Source: Pseudomonadota bacterium (GTDB lineage: Bacteria > Pseudomonadota > Gammaproteobacteria > Ga0077536). From it: a stretch of DNA of 64,000 nucleotides. A model generated the notes under the pieces. It was not told the DNA's origin. It made no database searches and saw only the letters and a list, made by a program, of their open reading frames with translations. The position numbers were made by a program, and so were the translations under genes. The stretch covers positions 2,533 through 66,532 of the forward strand of contig JAYYOR010000005.1 of assembly GCA_036130055.1 (NCBI GenBank), written 5' to 3'. This document shows, piece by piece, positions 19,591 to 30,956 of this stretch. Each line of letters starts with the position of its first letter. The first letter of the stretch is position 1.

Positions 19591-21411
19591 ATGAACCAAA
19601 AAAACAAAGGATTAAGTATCGAAAATCAAAAGCGACCAAAAGATGAGAAGACTTGCGATTTTGACGAGGTTGCAGCGTTTTTAGCCTATTACGTAAAAGG
19701 ACTAGGGGGCTCGACTTGTAAATTAGATACCAACGAAATCTTCTACAGTGATTCCCAAACAATATATCTCCCAGAAACCTTGTCAATTGAATCTTCTAAA
19801 GAATTAAACAAAAAATTATTTCAAATAATAGCTTCTCATCTTTGGGCACAGAATTTTTACGAAACCTGGAATCATCGAGTTCTATCAAAAATTGAAGAGG
19901 CCCAGGACAATCAAGAACAACTGTTGAAAATCTTCTATCGTTTAGAATGCATCAGATTAGATTTTTGTCTTGCCAGAGACTTGCCTGGCCTGTGGCGACA
20001 GTATCACCCTTTTAGATCAAACGACAAACAAAATAACAAAATTTGGAATGATTGGAAAAACAACTGTGAGGTTTTATCTGATAAACACAGCTCTTCGTTT
20101 ACCTCATTTTCGTTAATTTCTAATTTTCTAAATCATCCACTGCCTAAACTTGAAATTTTTCAGCAGGAATTTCAAATACATAACCTAAGTGAAATTTTAA
20201 ACAATAGGGCGGCAGATCAACGCGAAGATTTTCGCGCTTCGCTCCAAAAACTTTTGGACGAAAAATTAGAAGAAAACAACAGTACAAGTGCGGCAGAAGA
20301 CAAAATTGAATTTGATAACGAGGCCAACAACGAGACAAACGGTGATAGCAAATATGAACTATCCTTAAATGGTGAAAAAATTGAAATTTCTCAAAATCTT
20401 TCAGAATCTATTGGGGCAATCATAAAAGACTTGGGGTTCCTGCCCGAGGAATACCTAAAACCTAATTCTAATGGGCGCTACACAGACCAACTTAGCAACC
20501 AAAATCATGAAGAAGAACAAACAAGTTCGAAAAAATCCATAAAAACTTTTTTTTATGATGAGTGGGACTGTACCACTCAATCCTATAAAAAATCTTTTTG
20601 CGAGTTAAATGAAGTGGATATCATAGAAGGTGATGATACCTTTACAAAAGATACCCTTGAGAAATATAAAAATAATTTAAGGTCAATTAAAAAAACCTTT
20701 GAGGCTATAATTGAAGAAAACTCAATACAAAAAAAACAAATTGATGGAGACCAACTTGATTATAATGCGATCATCGAAACCATGCCAGACCTTCTCATGG
20801 GGAATGAACTGAGTGAACATTTATATGCGCGGTATCAAACCAAAGAACGCAATATCGCTGTAATGTTCATGGTTGATATGAGTGGCTCAACACTTGGTTG
20901 GGTCAATGATGCAGAAAGAGAATCTTTAGTCCTTCTTTGTGAAGCGCTATCTTTGTTAGGTGACCGATACGCAATTTATGGATTTTCGGGCAGAACCAAC
21001 AAAAAATGCGAGGTCTATAAAATTAAAGAATTTGATCAACCATATAATTATTCAGTAAAAGGTCGAATAAGTGGAATAAGACCAAAAGCCTATACTAGAA
21101 TGGGTGTCGCCATAAGACACTTAGGGAAAAAGTTGCAAAACACGTGTGCAAAAACCAAATTATTGGTTACCTTGTCTGACGGACGGCCTGAAGACTATGG
21201 AGGTTACAAAGGGACTTATGGAATCGAAGATACCCGCAAAGCCTTGTTAGAAATTAAACGGCAGGGTATCAATCCTTTCTGCGTAACTATTGATAATGAG
21301 GCTCAGGAATATTTACCAAGAATGTACGGTAAGATTAACTACACCGTCATTGATGATGTAAAAAAGTTACCATACAAGGTCGCTGATATATATCGGAAGC
21401 TAACTTGCTAG
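19591..21411 (+). CDS. NorD/CbbO-like protein with a C-terminal von Willebrand factor A (VWA) domain
   Basis: C-terminal MIDAS motif (DMSGST … T … LSDGRPEDYGG); N-terminal region carries an …DTNEIFYSDSQTIYLPE… motif resembling NorD/CbbO; immediately follows the MoxR ATPase. Confidence 0.7.
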   Translation: MNQKNKGLSIENQKRPKDEKTCDFDEVAAFLAYYVKGLGGSTCKLDTNEIFYSDSQTIYLPETLSIESSKELNKKLFQIIASHLWAQNFYETWNHRVLSKIEEAQDNQEQLLKIFYRLECIRLDFCLARDLPGLWRQYHPFRSNDKQNNKIWNDWKNNCEVLSDKHSSSFTSFSLISNFLNHPLPKLEIFQQEFQIHNLSEILNNRAADQREDFRASLQKLLDEKLEENNSTSAAEDKIEFDNEANNETNGDSKYELSLNGEKIEISQNLSESIGAIIKDLGFLPEEYLKPNSNGRYTDQLSNQNHEEEQTSSKKSIKTFFYDEWDCTTQSYKKSFCELNEVDIIEGDDTFTKDTLEKYKNNLRSIKKTFEAIIEENSIQKKQIDGDQLDYNAIIETMPDLLMGNELSEHLYARYQTKERNIAVMFMVDMSGSTLGWVNDAERESLVLLCEALSLLGDRYAIYGFSGRTNKKCEVYKIKEFDQPYNYSVKGRISGIRPKAYTRMGVAIRHLGKKLQNTCAKTKLLVTLSDGRPEDYGGYKGTYGIEDTRKALLEIKRQGINPFCVTIDNEAQEYLPRMYGKINYTVIDDVKKLPYKVADIYRKLTC

Positions 21412-21428
21412 TATCAGGATGAATTGAA

Positions 21429-23390
21429 ATGTTTAATAGTTTATTGATTGCAAATCGTGGAGAGATCGCTTGCCGAATTATAAAAACCGCAAAAAAAATG
21501 GGGATTGAAACACATGCTATTTTTCATCAAAAAGATTTTACGAGTCCTCATAGAAAACAAGCCGATTATGCTCACGAAATATTAGGACAAAACCCAAATG
21601 CAGCATATTTAAATAGTGCGCAAATAATTTCGATTATTGAAGATGCAAAAATAGAAGCTGTTCATCCGGGGTATGGTTTCTTGTCAGAAGACAGCTCGTT
21701 CCCAAAGTTACTTGAAAAACATAGGATTTCCTATATCGGCCCCAGATCCGAGAGCGTAGCGCTTATGGGTGACAAAATAGAAGCCTTAAATTATGCAAGA
21801 ACTCTTGATATCAGCACGCTAAGTAATGTGGTCCTTAAAAACTCGATAGACAAGTTTATCTCGGAGTGTAAGAAATTAAAATTCCCTATTATGCTTAAAT
21901 TATCCGGAGCCGGGGGAGGAAGAGGAATAAAAATAATTGATGATCCGAAAGAAATAAAAAAAAATGTTATTGATTTGAACAAAGAAAAGGAGCGAAACTT
22001 TGGTTCAAGCAATATTTTTGCTGAGGAATATATTGCAAACCCAAGACATATTGAAGTTCAAATTATTGGAGACGGTAACGGCAATATCCGCCACCTTTTT
22101 GAGCGAGAATGTAGTATCCAACGAAGATATCAGAAGATCATCGAAGAGACTCCAGCTCAACATCTTTCACCTGAACTGAGAAAAAAACTCTGCGAAGATG
22201 CTTGTAAATTAGCCGGCTCCATGAACTATTTAGGCGTTGGGACGGTTGAATTTTTACTTATGGGAGACAATTCAGACCGATATTTCTTTCTTGAAATGAA
22301 CACAAGAATTCAAGTAGAACACGGAGTAACAGAGGAAGTTTGTTCACTAGATTTAGTTGAAAAGCAAATTGAAATCGCCTATTCGAAAAAGTTTGACTTC
22401 GAGCAAAAAGACATCAAAGCAAAGGGGCACGCAATTGAAGCGAGAATTTGTTGTGAGGCATTTGACGCAAACTTCACTCCCCGAATTGGGAAAATTGAAT
22501 ATCTTAGACTCCCTAACCAGCCAAATATTAGAGTAGATTTTGGAGCAAATGCAGGACAAAGGATCACCCCTGACTTCGACTCAATGATTGGAAAACTTAT
22601 AAGCTACGGCAGAAACAGAGCAGAGGCTATCGACGAACTGATAATTGGATTATCTCAAATAACAATACTTGGATGCGAAACTAATATTAACGCTCTAAAG
22701 TCAATCCTAAGAATTGAGGACTTTGCTTCTAATCAAATTATTACGACAAATTTTGTCAAAGATAACATGGCCAGAATATTGGATGAATCTAATACCCCTA
22801 CTCATGAAGAAATTGCCGTAGCCACGTTGTTAGTTTTAAAAAACGACTATGTTTTGTCGCGCTCTGAATCAAATCAAAAGATATTTGGTTGGCAAAACCG
22901 TGTAAATTCGGTGATATTGTTGGATAAACAAAAGCGAGAAATAGAGGTAAAAATTGAACAAATCTATCCAGAAATTGTATTAATGATTTCAAATACAAAA
23001 ACCCTAAAAATCCCATCCTACGAGTTTTCTAATGAAAATCTAAAAGTTAACATTAACGACGAATCAAATTCCTGTAAATATCAAATATTTGAGAATCAGC
23101 TACACATTAAATTTAAAGGAAACCATCGATATTTTGAACTACCTATTGTCGAGTTGAAATCTAACTCTAACCCGGAACTTAATAAATCCATTAAAGCAGA
23201 TATGCCAGGTACAGTAATAGCAATCAAGACAAAACAAGGAGCCCAGATAAAAAACGGAGAAGTATTGATGGTAGTGGAATCCATGAAAATTCAGACCAAT
23301 ATAACTAGCAAAGTAAATGGTACTATCAAAAAAATATATTACTCAGAAAATGAAAGTTTCGAACGTGGTTCGATTTTAATTTCACTGTAA
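21429..23390 (+). CDS. Biotin-dependent acyl-CoA carboxylase alpha subunit (biotin carboxylase plus C-terminal BCCP lipoyl-like domain), MCC/GCC type
   Basis: ATP-grasp biotin carboxylase core (…HPGYGFLSE…, …EMNTRIQVEHGVTE…) and a C-terminal biotinyl domain with the lysine in VVESMKIQ. Length of 653 aa is like methylcrotonyl-/geranyl-CoA carboxylase alpha. Confidence 0.85.
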   Translation: MFNSLLIANRGEIACRIIKTAKKMGIETHAIFHQKDFTSPHRKQADYAHEILGQNPNAAYLNSAQIISIIEDAKIEAVHPGYGFLSEDSSFPKLLEKHRISYIGPRSESVALMGDKIEALNYARTLDISTLSNVVLKNSIDKFISECKKLKFPIMLKLSGAGGGRGIKIIDDPKEIKKNVIDLNKEKERNFGSSNIFAEEYIANPRHIEVQIIGDGNGNIRHLFERECSIQRRYQKIIEETPAQHLSPELRKKLCEDACKLAGSMNYLGVGTVEFLLMGDNSDRYFFLEMNTRIQVEHGVTEEVCSLDLVEKQIEIAYSKKFDFEQKDIKAKGHAIEARICCEAFDANFTPRIGKIEYLRLPNQPNIRVDFGANAGQRITPDFDSMIGKLISYGRNRAEAIDELIIGLSQITILGCETNINALKSILRIEDFASNQIITTNFVKDNMARILDESNTPTHEEIAVATLLVLKNDYVLSRSESNQKIFGWQNRVNSVILLDKQKREIEVKIEQIYPEIVLMISNTKTLKIPSYEFSNENLKVNINDESNSCKYQIFENQLHIKFKGNHRYFELPIVELKSNSNPELNKSIKADMPGTVIAIKTKQGAQIKNGEVLMVVESMKIQTNITSKVNGTIKKIYYSENESFERGSILISL

Positions 23391-23402
23391 GCGAGCCCGA
23401 CT

Positions 23403-25010
23403 ATGAACATTATAAAAACTTCTATAAACACTTCTTCTGATGAATTTATGAGTAATTATAAATTCAATAAAAAAATGGTTGAGGACTTCAGATTTCGCCA
23501 GGAAAAATCAAGGTCAAAAAGAAATGTCAAAGATATAAAAAGGGTGAAGTCTCAGGGAAAAATGCTACCAAGAGAACGCATTTCGCTTTTGTTGGACAAA
23601 GGTTCCCCATTTCTCGAATTATCCTCTCTTGCTGCATGCGAAGCTTATGAGGGACAAGCGCCACTTGCGTCTTGCATTGTAGGTATAGGAATTATCAAAG
23701 GTAAGCACATTCTTATAATTGCTAACGATCCAACAGTGAAAGGTGGCGCATGGTTTCCTTTAACTGTTAAAAAGATTGTCAGGGCTTTGGATATAGCAAT
23801 TGAAAATCATTTACCGGTTGTCCACTTATGCGACAGTGCGGGGGGATTTCTGCCGCTGCAAGCAGAACTCTTCGCCGATAAAGAGCATGCTGGAAGAATG
23901 TTTCGTAACCAATGTATTCTGTCCAAATTAGGAATAAAACAACTCGCTATAGTTTTTGGTCATTGCACGGCAGGAGGAGCCTACGTCCCAGCGCTATCTG
24001 ATTACTCAATTATTGTAAAAGGAACCGGAGCTGTATTTTTAGCTGGACCGCCTTTAGTAAAGGCAGCTACTGGTGAAAATGTCACGGCAGAAGAGCTCGG
24101 TGGAGCTGAATTGCATACCCAAAAAAGTGGAACTTGTGATTACGCAGCTGAAAACGAACATCACGCAGTCGAAATTGGCCGTGAGATAGTTGAATGTTGG
24201 ACAGATAATCCTTTATCAATAAAACCAAAAACTAATGTAAAAGATCCTTATTACCCGACCAGTGAGCTATACGGAATCATCCCAAACGATATAAAAAAAG
24301 GTTATGACAGTAGAGAAATATTAGCAAGAATTGTAGACGGCAGTGGTTTTCATGAATTTCAACCTGACTATGGAAAAACACTTATTTGCGGATATGCGTA
24401 CATTTGGGGGTACAAAGTCGGCATATTGGCCAACAACGGCGTTCTATTTAATGAAAGCGCTCTTAAAGGGGCGCATTTCATTCAGCTATGTGATAGAAAC
24501 ATTACACCTATACTTTTCCTTCAAAACATTACAGGGTTTATGGTGGGAAAAGAATACGAGCGACAGGGAATAACAAAAGATGGTGCAAAATTCCTAATGG
24601 CACAGGTCGGTTGCTCGGTACCTAAAATCACTTTAATGTGTAACGGATCTTTTGGCGCAGGCAATTATGCTATGTGCGGAAGGGCTTTCGATAGTAGATT
24701 TATCTTCTCCTGGCCCAATCATCAAATAGGAATTATGGGTGGGGAACAAGCTGCTAAAACTTTAGTAGAGGTAAAAGAAAGACAGCTAAAAAAGGCAAAT
24801 AAGAGCATCAAACAAAAAGACTTAGACCTTATCTACCAAAACACTCTTACTGGATTTAAAGAACAAATGTCAGCTTATCATGCAACTAGCCAACTCTGGG
24901 ATGATGGCATCATTGATCCGCTCGACACAAGAAGCTGCTTGGGGATGGTTCTAACAGTTATTAGTAAGTCTAAGTTCAAAGATATAGGCTATGGTGTAAT
25001 GAGATTCTAG
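23403..25010 (+). CDS. Acyl-CoA carboxylase carboxyltransferase beta subunit (methylcrotonyl-CoA carboxylase beta-like)
   Basis: Alignable by eye along its length with MCCB (LPRERISLLLDKGSPFLELS…, IIANDPTVKGGAWFP…, HLCDSAGGFLP…, GHCTAGGAYVPA…, FLAGPPLVKAATGE…). Confidence 0.85.
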   Translation: MNIIKTSINTSSDEFMSNYKFNKKMVEDFRFRQEKSRSKRNVKDIKRVKSQGKMLPRERISLLLDKGSPFLELSSLAACEAYEGQAPLASCIVGIGIIKGKHILIIANDPTVKGGAWFPLTVKKIVRALDIAIENHLPVVHLCDSAGGFLPLQAELFADKEHAGRMFRNQCILSKLGIKQLAIVFGHCTAGGAYVPALSDYSIIVKGTGAVFLAGPPLVKAATGENVTAEELGGAELHTQKSGTCDYAAENEHHAVEIGREIVECWTDNPLSIKPKTNVKDPYYPTSELYGIIPNDIKKGYDSREILARIVDGSGFHEFQPDYGKTLICGYAYIWGYKVGILANNGVLFNESALKGAHFIQLCDRNITPILFLQNITGFMVGKEYERQGITKDGAKFLMAQVGCSVPKITLMCNGSFGAGNYAMCGRAFDSRFIFSWPNHQIGIMGGEQAAKTLVEVKERQLKKANKSIKQKDLDLIYQNTLTGFKEQMSAYHATSQLWDDGIIDPLDTRSCLGMVLTVISKSKFKDIGYGVMRF

Positions 25011-25011
25011 T

Positions 25012-26595
25012 CTACACCTTAACCTGTAGTGCACGCTCAACTGCCGCAATCTCCTCTATTTTTGCTAACGTGAGCTCGTCCAACTCTTTAGAAACTGCTA
25101 GTACTGCTATAGCGAGCTGCATATTTTCGTGAACACCAACTTGCATTCGAGAAATGTTTATACCCATACGCCCTAAAATATCACCAAGAATCCCAATAAC
25201 CCCAGGTTGATCAGCATGCCAAGTTATCAAGAGTTGCCCCTCTAGTGGTGACTCAACAATATAATTATTAATTCTTGTAAGCCTTGAATGCCTACCATCA
25301 AACACACTCCCCTCTACGGTAATTGTTTGGTTTTCAGAAACCAATGAAACCTCAATTACTGAAACGTAATCTTTGGAATCAGATGATTTTATCTCAACCA
25401 CCTTGATTCCCTGCCTTTTCGCGAGCTGCTTGGCGTTAATTTGGTTTACGGGGACAGATAGCTGATTAGTTAAATATCCGATTAAAACAGAGCTTGTAAT
25501 CGGGTGGGAATCAAGATTATTGACCTCTCCATAACTGCTCACTTTTATGGAAGAAACACTCCCTGTAGACATCGCATTTAGCAATACCCCGAGTTTCCTT
25601 CCTAATTCAATAAACGGCAAAAACTGAGCTTCCTTACCTTGATCTATACTTGGAACATTAACTGCATTAATAACTTGTCCTTTTATTAAATAGGAGGCTA
25701 GGTTGTGAGCTATCTCAACCCCCACTGCCGTCTGGGCTTCGTGTGTTGAGGCGCCCAAATGCGGAGTAAATTGAATTTTGTCACATTTAAACAAAGGGCT
25801 ATCCCCCGGGGGCTCATTTTCAAATACATCCAACGCCGCACCAGCCAACTGGTCATTTTGAACAGCATCCAATAAAGCATTCTCATCGATCAATCCGCCT
25901 CTAGCACAATTTATAATGTGAGCTCCTTTTTTCATCAGTCTGATTTTATCAGAGTCAAGAATATTTTTTGTGTCCTCGGTAACTGGACAGTGGAGGCTGA
26001 CATAATCTGATTCGGTTAGCAAAGAATCCAAATCCATCTTATTGATATTATGACTTTTAAAAGTTTCCTCTGTAACGAAAGGGTCAAAACCTAAAACTCT
26101 CATACCTAAACCGACACACTTTTCTGCAAACAATCGTCCTATTGTACCAAAGCCGATGATCCCAACAGTTTTACCTGTTAGCTCGATTCCCAAAAAGTTG
26201 TTTCTTTCCCAAAGTCCAGAGCGGACTGAGTGATCCGCTCTAGGCAGGCTTCTACTTAAGGAAAACATGTGAGCCACTGCCAACTCTGCTGTTGTTGTAG
26301 CATTTGCATCGGGTGTGTTGAGCACCACTATACCTCTTTCAGTCGAGACATCTAGGTCAATATTGTCGACACCAATGCCTGCTCTTCCAATGACTTTTAC
26401 CCTATCTGCTTCTTCTAGCAGCATACCTTTCATTTTGGTAGCACTACGTACAATTACTCCATCGGCATCTTTTACGTATTTTTTTGCCTCTTCGGGAGAC
26501 AATCCAGGTTTAAATATAATCTCTAGCTCTGGATATTGCTTTAAAGCATCTATACCCTCTTGAGCTAATTCATCTGCTACGAATACTTTAAACAT
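25012..26595 (-). CDS. serA: D-3-phosphoglycerate dehydrogenase, long form with C-terminal ACT domain
   Basis: 2-hydroxyacid dehydrogenase NAD-binding motif (GIIGFGTIGRL); a length of 527 aa with a C-terminal regulatory domain; adjacent to serC. Confidence 0.85.
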   Translation of the reverse strand: MFKVFVADELAQEGIDALKQYPELEIIFKPGLSPEEAKKYVKDADGVIVRSATKMKGMLLEEADRVKVIGRAGIGVDNIDLDVSTERGIVVLNTPDANATTTAELAVAHMFSLSRSLPRADHSVRSGLWERNNFLGIELTGKTVGIIGFGTIGRLFAEKCVGLGMRVLGFDPFVTEETFKSHNINKMDLDSLLTESDYVSLHCPVTEDTKNILDSDKIRLMKKGAHIINCARGGLIDENALLDAVQNDQLAGAALDVFENEPPGDSPLFKCDKIQFTPHLGASTHEAQTAVGVEIAHNLASYLIKGQVINAVNVPSIDQGKEAQFLPFIELGRKLGVLLNAMSTGSVSSIKVSSYGEVNNLDSHPITSSVLIGYLTNQLSVPVNQINAKQLAKRQGIKVVEIKSSDSKDYVSVIEVSLVSENQTITVEGSVFDGRHSRLTRINNYIVESPLEGQLLITWHADQPGVIGILGDILGRMGINISRMQVGVHENMQLAIAVLAVSKELDELTLAKIEEIAAVERALQVKV

Positions 26596-26618
26596 TTTCT
26601 ATTCCTTGAAACTTGAAT

Positions 26619-27785
26619 CTACGTTTTGAAATTACGGCTTTCAACAGACCGGTAAGCCCAATCTAACCACTCGCATAAAGAATGAATATCGGATGATTCA
26701 ACCGGGCCTCCACCCCATATACGAAAACCGGGTGGGGCACTTCTATAGGCTTCAATATCATAAGCGACTCCCTCAAACGCAAGAAGTTCTACTATTTCTT
26801 TGATAAAACTTCTTTGCTCAGATTCTTGTAAACCAGATATTTTTTTGTCAACTATTTGAAGACAAATTGACGTATTTGAAATTGTTTCAGAATTCTTGGC
26901 TAACATATCTATCCAACTTGTTTGCGATACCCATTGCATAATAATTTCTAAGTTTTGCTTTGACCGGCCAATCAATTGAGCGAGGCCTCCCATATTTTGA
27001 ACCCATCGAAGGGAAACAAGATAATCCTCAACACAGAGCATCGAAGGAGTATTAATTGTAGAACCAGAAAAAATGGCTAGGTTTGGTTTATTGTTTTTCG
27101 TTAATTTAAATAACTTTGGTATTGGCCATTCGGGAGTGTATTCCTCTAACCTCTGTAGGGCTCTGGGACTTAGAATCATCACACCATGTGCCGCTTCTCC
27201 CCCCAAAACCTTTTGCCAAGAAAAAGTACAGACATCAATTTTTTTCCATGGAATATCCATTGCAAAAATCGCTGAGGTCGCATCGCAAATCGTAAGTCCA
27301 GTTCGGTTTTCTGGAATCCAGTTTCCGTTAGGCACTTTGACTCCAGAAGTCGTCCCGTTCCAAACGAAGACAACATCATTTTTAAAGTTTACTTTTTCGA
27401 GATCCGGCAATTCACCATATTCAGCGATATGGCTATTTACATTAGGCAATTTTAGCTCAGCAACAATATCGCTAAGCCAATCAGAACTAAAACTTTCCCA
27501 AACCAAGACATCCACTCCTAAAAAACCAAGTAAGTTCCACATCGCTAATTCAATAGCCCCAGTATCAGAACCTGGAACAATTCCCACAACGTAATCATTT
27601 GGCAAATTGAGAATTTCTTTTGTCTTTTTAATCGCCTCCTCAAGTTTTTTCTTACCAACCTTTGAACGATGAGACCTGCCCAAAGTCGCATCTCCCAGAT
27701 CTTCTAACTTCCATCCTTTGAATTTGGGGCATGGCCCTGAGGAAAATGACGGATTAAATGGACGTTTAATCGGTTTCTCATACAT
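26619..27785 (-). CDS. serC: Phosphoserine aminotransferase (class V aminotransferase, long bacterial/archaeal type)
   Basis: N-terminal [12 protein letters not shown] pattern typical of the roughly 380-aa SerC type; a class V aminotransferase lying immediately downstream of serA on the same strand. Confidence 0.7.
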   Translation of the reverse strand: MYEKPIKRPFNPSFSSGPCPKFKGWKLEDLGDATLGRSHRSKVGKKKLEEAIKKTKEILNLPNDYVVGIVPGSDTGAIELAMWNLLGFLGVDVLVWESFSSDWLSDIVAELKLPNVNSHIAEYGELPDLEKVNFKNDVVFVWNGTTSGVKVPNGNWIPENRTGLTICDATSAIFAMDIPWKKIDVCTFSWQKVLGGEAAHGVMILSPRALQRLEEYTPEWPIPKLFKLTKNNKPNLAIFSGSTINTPSMLCVEDYLVSLRWVQNMGGLAQLIGRSKQNLEIIMQWVSQTSWIDMLAKNSETISNTSICLQIVDKKISGLQESEQRSFIKEIVELLAFEGVAYDIEAYRSAPPGFRIWGGGPVESSDIHSLCEWLDWAYRSVESRNFKT

Positions 27786-27841
27786 TCTACTTTTTTTCCT
27801 TATGTATCTATTTTGACCAAGTATTAAAACAAACTTTTCAG

Positions 27842-30800
27842 CTATTGGAAATCCCTTGAATTAAAATTTAAATCAGAAAACAAATAACTAATATCGGTAA
27901 GCTTTTTAACTATGATATGAGCGACACTATTTTGAATTTGTAATTTACCTTCACTTTTCAGTATACATGATTTAACTATGGTTTTCCTAAATAACCTGCT
28001 TATGCTGGGCCATATAATCAAATTAATAAATCCAAATTCGTCCTCTAATGTTATAAATATAACTCCAGATGCTGTCTTAGGCTTCTGTCGGCTGACAACC
28101 AAACCTACAACTTCGACATCATCGCCATTTTTCAAAAGACCTAAATCTTTCGATGAAAAAGAAAAATTATTTTGAAATTTTGCCTTTAATATAGATATTG
28201 GATGCTCTCCAAGCGAAGCACCGTAAGATCTATAATCCATTTTACATGATTCTATTTTAGACAAACTATTTAACATTGGCGAAGACAAATTATTATGCTT
28301 CACCGAAGCAAACAACTGTCCTTGACCTCTTAATGGTACGCTTTGCCAGACTGCTTCATACCTATTATTAATAAAAGAAGAAAAAGCGCCTGACTTTGCT
28401 ATCAATTCCGATTGTTTATCATCAATTTGAATGTTTGAAAGAACATCTTCAATATCACCAAAATCTATTTTTTTTCTTTTCTCAATAATTTCGTCTACTA
28501 CAGATTTTTTAATCCCTTTTATCATCATGAATCCAAGACGAATGGCAAATTTAGAATTCGCGTGATCTCGTTCAACTTTGCAAAACCAATCACTTTTTTT
28601 AATGTGAATACATTTAATTTCAATACCATGTGCTAAACAGTCGTTAATAATTTGTGATTGAGAATAAAATCCCATTGGCTGGCTGTTCAATAAGCTTGCT
28701 GCAAATATTTCTGGGTGATGTTTTTTAAGCCAAGCAGATGCATAAGCTATAAGAGCGAAACTTGCCGCATGTGATTCAGGAAAACCATATTCTGCGAAAC
28801 CTTTAATTCGGTCAAACAAATCTTTTGCAAAACCTTCACTGTAGCCTCGATTAATCATGCCTTTTATCAACTTACTATGAAAAGAATCAAATAATTTATT
28901 TTTGTCCCATGAAGACAAAGCTCTACGCAACTCATCTGCTTCGCCTGCTGTAAACCCAGCGGCGACAACTGCCAACTTTATAATCTGCTCTTGAAAAAGG
29001 GGGACTCCTAATGTTCTTTCTAAAACCATTTTTATATCCTCGTCAGGATAAGAAGCTTTCTCAATACCATTTCGACGTCTCAGATAAGGATGAACCATAT
29101 CACCTTGTATTGGGCCAGGCCTTATAAGTGCTATCTCAATAACCAAATCATAGTAACAAGAAGGCTTAAGCCTAGGTAGCATAGCCATTTGTGCTCTCGA
29201 CTCTATCTGAAAAACTCCTACAGTGTCTGCTTTTTGAATCATATGAAAAGTATCGACATCATCATCTGGAATATCAGAAAACGAAAAAGGTCTTTTATAA
29301 ATTTCTTCTAATAGTAAAAAACTTTTTTTTAATACTGAAAGCATACCTAAGCCCAAGCAATCGAACTTTAAAATACACATATCCTCCAAATCATTTTTAT
29401 CCCACTGTATTACACTTCGATTGTCCATAGAGGCTTTCTCTATAGGAACTATATCACTCAATTTATTTTTTGAAATAACAAAGCCACCAACGTGTTGCGA
29501 AAGATGACGGGGGAAACCTATTAAATCTTTTGCTAAGCAAAGTAAGAACTGCTTCCTTGTTTTAAAAAATCCTGTAAAATTTGATTCTGGAAGATTAAAC
29601 GACTCGTTTTTTGAATTATATTGATCAATAATTCCATTAATCTCATCGTCACTGAAGCCCAATACTTTTGCGATATCCCTCATAGCACTTTTGAATCTAT
29701 AAGTCACCACGCTTGCCGTCAACGCTGCTCGTTCTCTTCCATAGCGACTATATATATACTGAATGACTTCTTCTCTTCGCCCACTCTCAAAATCAACATC
29801 GATATCTGGCGGTTCATTCCTTTCTTTCGACACAAACCTTTCGAATAACATTTCAATTTTTGATGGATCAACTTCTGTTATACCTAGACAATAGCAAATT
29901 ACAGAATTAGCAGCAGATCCCCTCCCTTGACATAAAATTCCGCGTGATTTGGCAAAAGAAACGATATCTTCCACCGTAATAAAAAAATTCTCATAATTTA
30001 GTTCAGAGACCAAGGAAAATTCGTGCTCAATCAAATCTCTTATCGCTTTACTTTCACCATCCGGCCATCTCCTTTTTACCCCTCTTTCCAATAAAAATCG
30101 AAGGTAACTTTTAGCTGTATAGGTTTTAGGAACAACGATATCTGAATATTCACAGTTAACCTGACTTAGTTCAAAAACACATTGATTAGCAATATTCACA
30201 CTTTCCTTTATGAAAGAGGTGGGATATAACTTTTCTAATCTATCTACAGGCCTCAAATATCGTTCGGAGTTGCTAAAAAAACAACCGGGCTGCAATTCTG
30301 AAATTTTTTTATTATTTCTTATAGCTGTAATAGTATCGAGAAGAAACCTCCTTTGCGGCTTGTGCATGTGTACATCGCCTACAGCAGTTATCGGAATTTT
30401 ATATCTCTCGCTTATTCGGGATACAAAGTCTTCAATGTTCTGGTAGTTACTTTCATAGTGGTTACTAATACCAAGCCACAAACTATTTGGAAAGTAGCGT
30501 TTTAACTTTTTGATAGATCCTTCAATGTTTGTTGTATTTAAACATTTTATAATCACTATAGGATCTTTTAAATTTAATATATCATTTAATAGGATTTTGT
30601 AATCGCCTTTCGATGTCCTACAACGTGCTTTCGTGATTACATTAGATATCTCTTTATAGGCCTGTCTGTTGCTAGCTAATAAAATTAATTTTAAATTTTC
30701 ATGAACTTTAAATTCTGAACCAATGATTAACTTTATTTTATTTTTCTTTGCAGATCTGTATGCACGAACAATTCCAGAAAAAGAGCACTCATCAGTTATT

Positions 30801-30934
30801 GCAACAGCTAAATAACCATTAATAGCGGCTGTTTCAATTAATTCTTCCGGATGAGAAGCTCCTTTTAAAAAAGAGAAATTTGTTATGCAATTTAATTCTG
30901 CGTAATTAATTTTTTCTTTATTAAAATTATTCAT
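27842..30934 (-). CDS. dnaE2: Error-prone DNA polymerase DnaE2 (ImuC)
   Basis: N-terminal PHP domain ([22 protein letters not shown]). A length of 1030 aa is much shorter than replicative DnaE. A LexA box lies 23 nt upstream. Confidence 0.8.
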   Translation of the reverse strand: MNNFNKEKINYAELNCITNFSFLKGASHPEELIETAAINGYLAVAITDECSFSGIVRAYRSAKKNKIKLIIGSEFKVHENLKLILLASNRQAYKEISNVITKARCRTSKGDYKILLNDILNLKDPIVIIKCLNTTNIEGSIKKLKRYFPNSLWLGISNHYESNYQNIEDFVSRISERYKIPITAVGDVHMHKPQRRFLLDTITAIRNNKKISELQPGCFFSNSERYLRPVDRLEKLYPTSFIKESVNIANQCVFELSQVNCEYSDIVVPKTYTAKSYLRFLLERGVKRRWPDGESKAIRDLIEHEFSLVSELNYENFFITVEDIVSFAKSRGILCQGRGSAANSVICYCLGITEVDPSKIEMLFERFVSKERNEPPDIDVDFESGRREEVIQYIYSRYGRERAALTASVVTYRFKSAMRDIAKVLGFSDDEINGIIDQYNSKNESFNLPESNFTGFFKTRKQFLLCLAKDLIGFPRHLSQHVGGFVISKNKLSDIVPIEKASMDNRSVIQWDKNDLEDMCILKFDCLGLGMLSVLKKSFLLLEEIYKRPFSFSDIPDDDVDTFHMIQKADTVGVFQIESRAQMAMLPRLKPSCYYDLVIEIALIRPGPIQGDMVHPYLRRRNGIEKASYPDEDIKMVLERTLGVPLFQEQIIKLAVVAAGFTAGEADELRRALSSWDKNKLFDSFHSKLIKGMINRGYSEGFAKDLFDRIKGFAEYGFPESHAASFALIAYASAWLKKHHPEIFAASLLNSQPMGFYSQSQIINDCLAHGIEIKCIHIKKSDWFCKVERDHANSKFAIRLGFMMIKGIKKSVVDEIIEKRKKIDFGDIEDVLSNIQIDDKQSELIAKSGAFSSFINNRYEAVWQSVPLRGQGQLFASVKHNNLSSPMLNSLSKIESCKMDYRSYGASLGEHPISILKAKFQNNFSFSSKDLGLLKNGDDVEVVGLVVSRQKPKTASGVIFITLEDEFGFINLIIWPSISRLFRKTIVKSCILKSEGKLQIQNSVAHIIVKKLTDISYLFSDLNFNSRDFQ

Positions 30935-30956
30935 AATTAATGGAAAATGACTTTTA

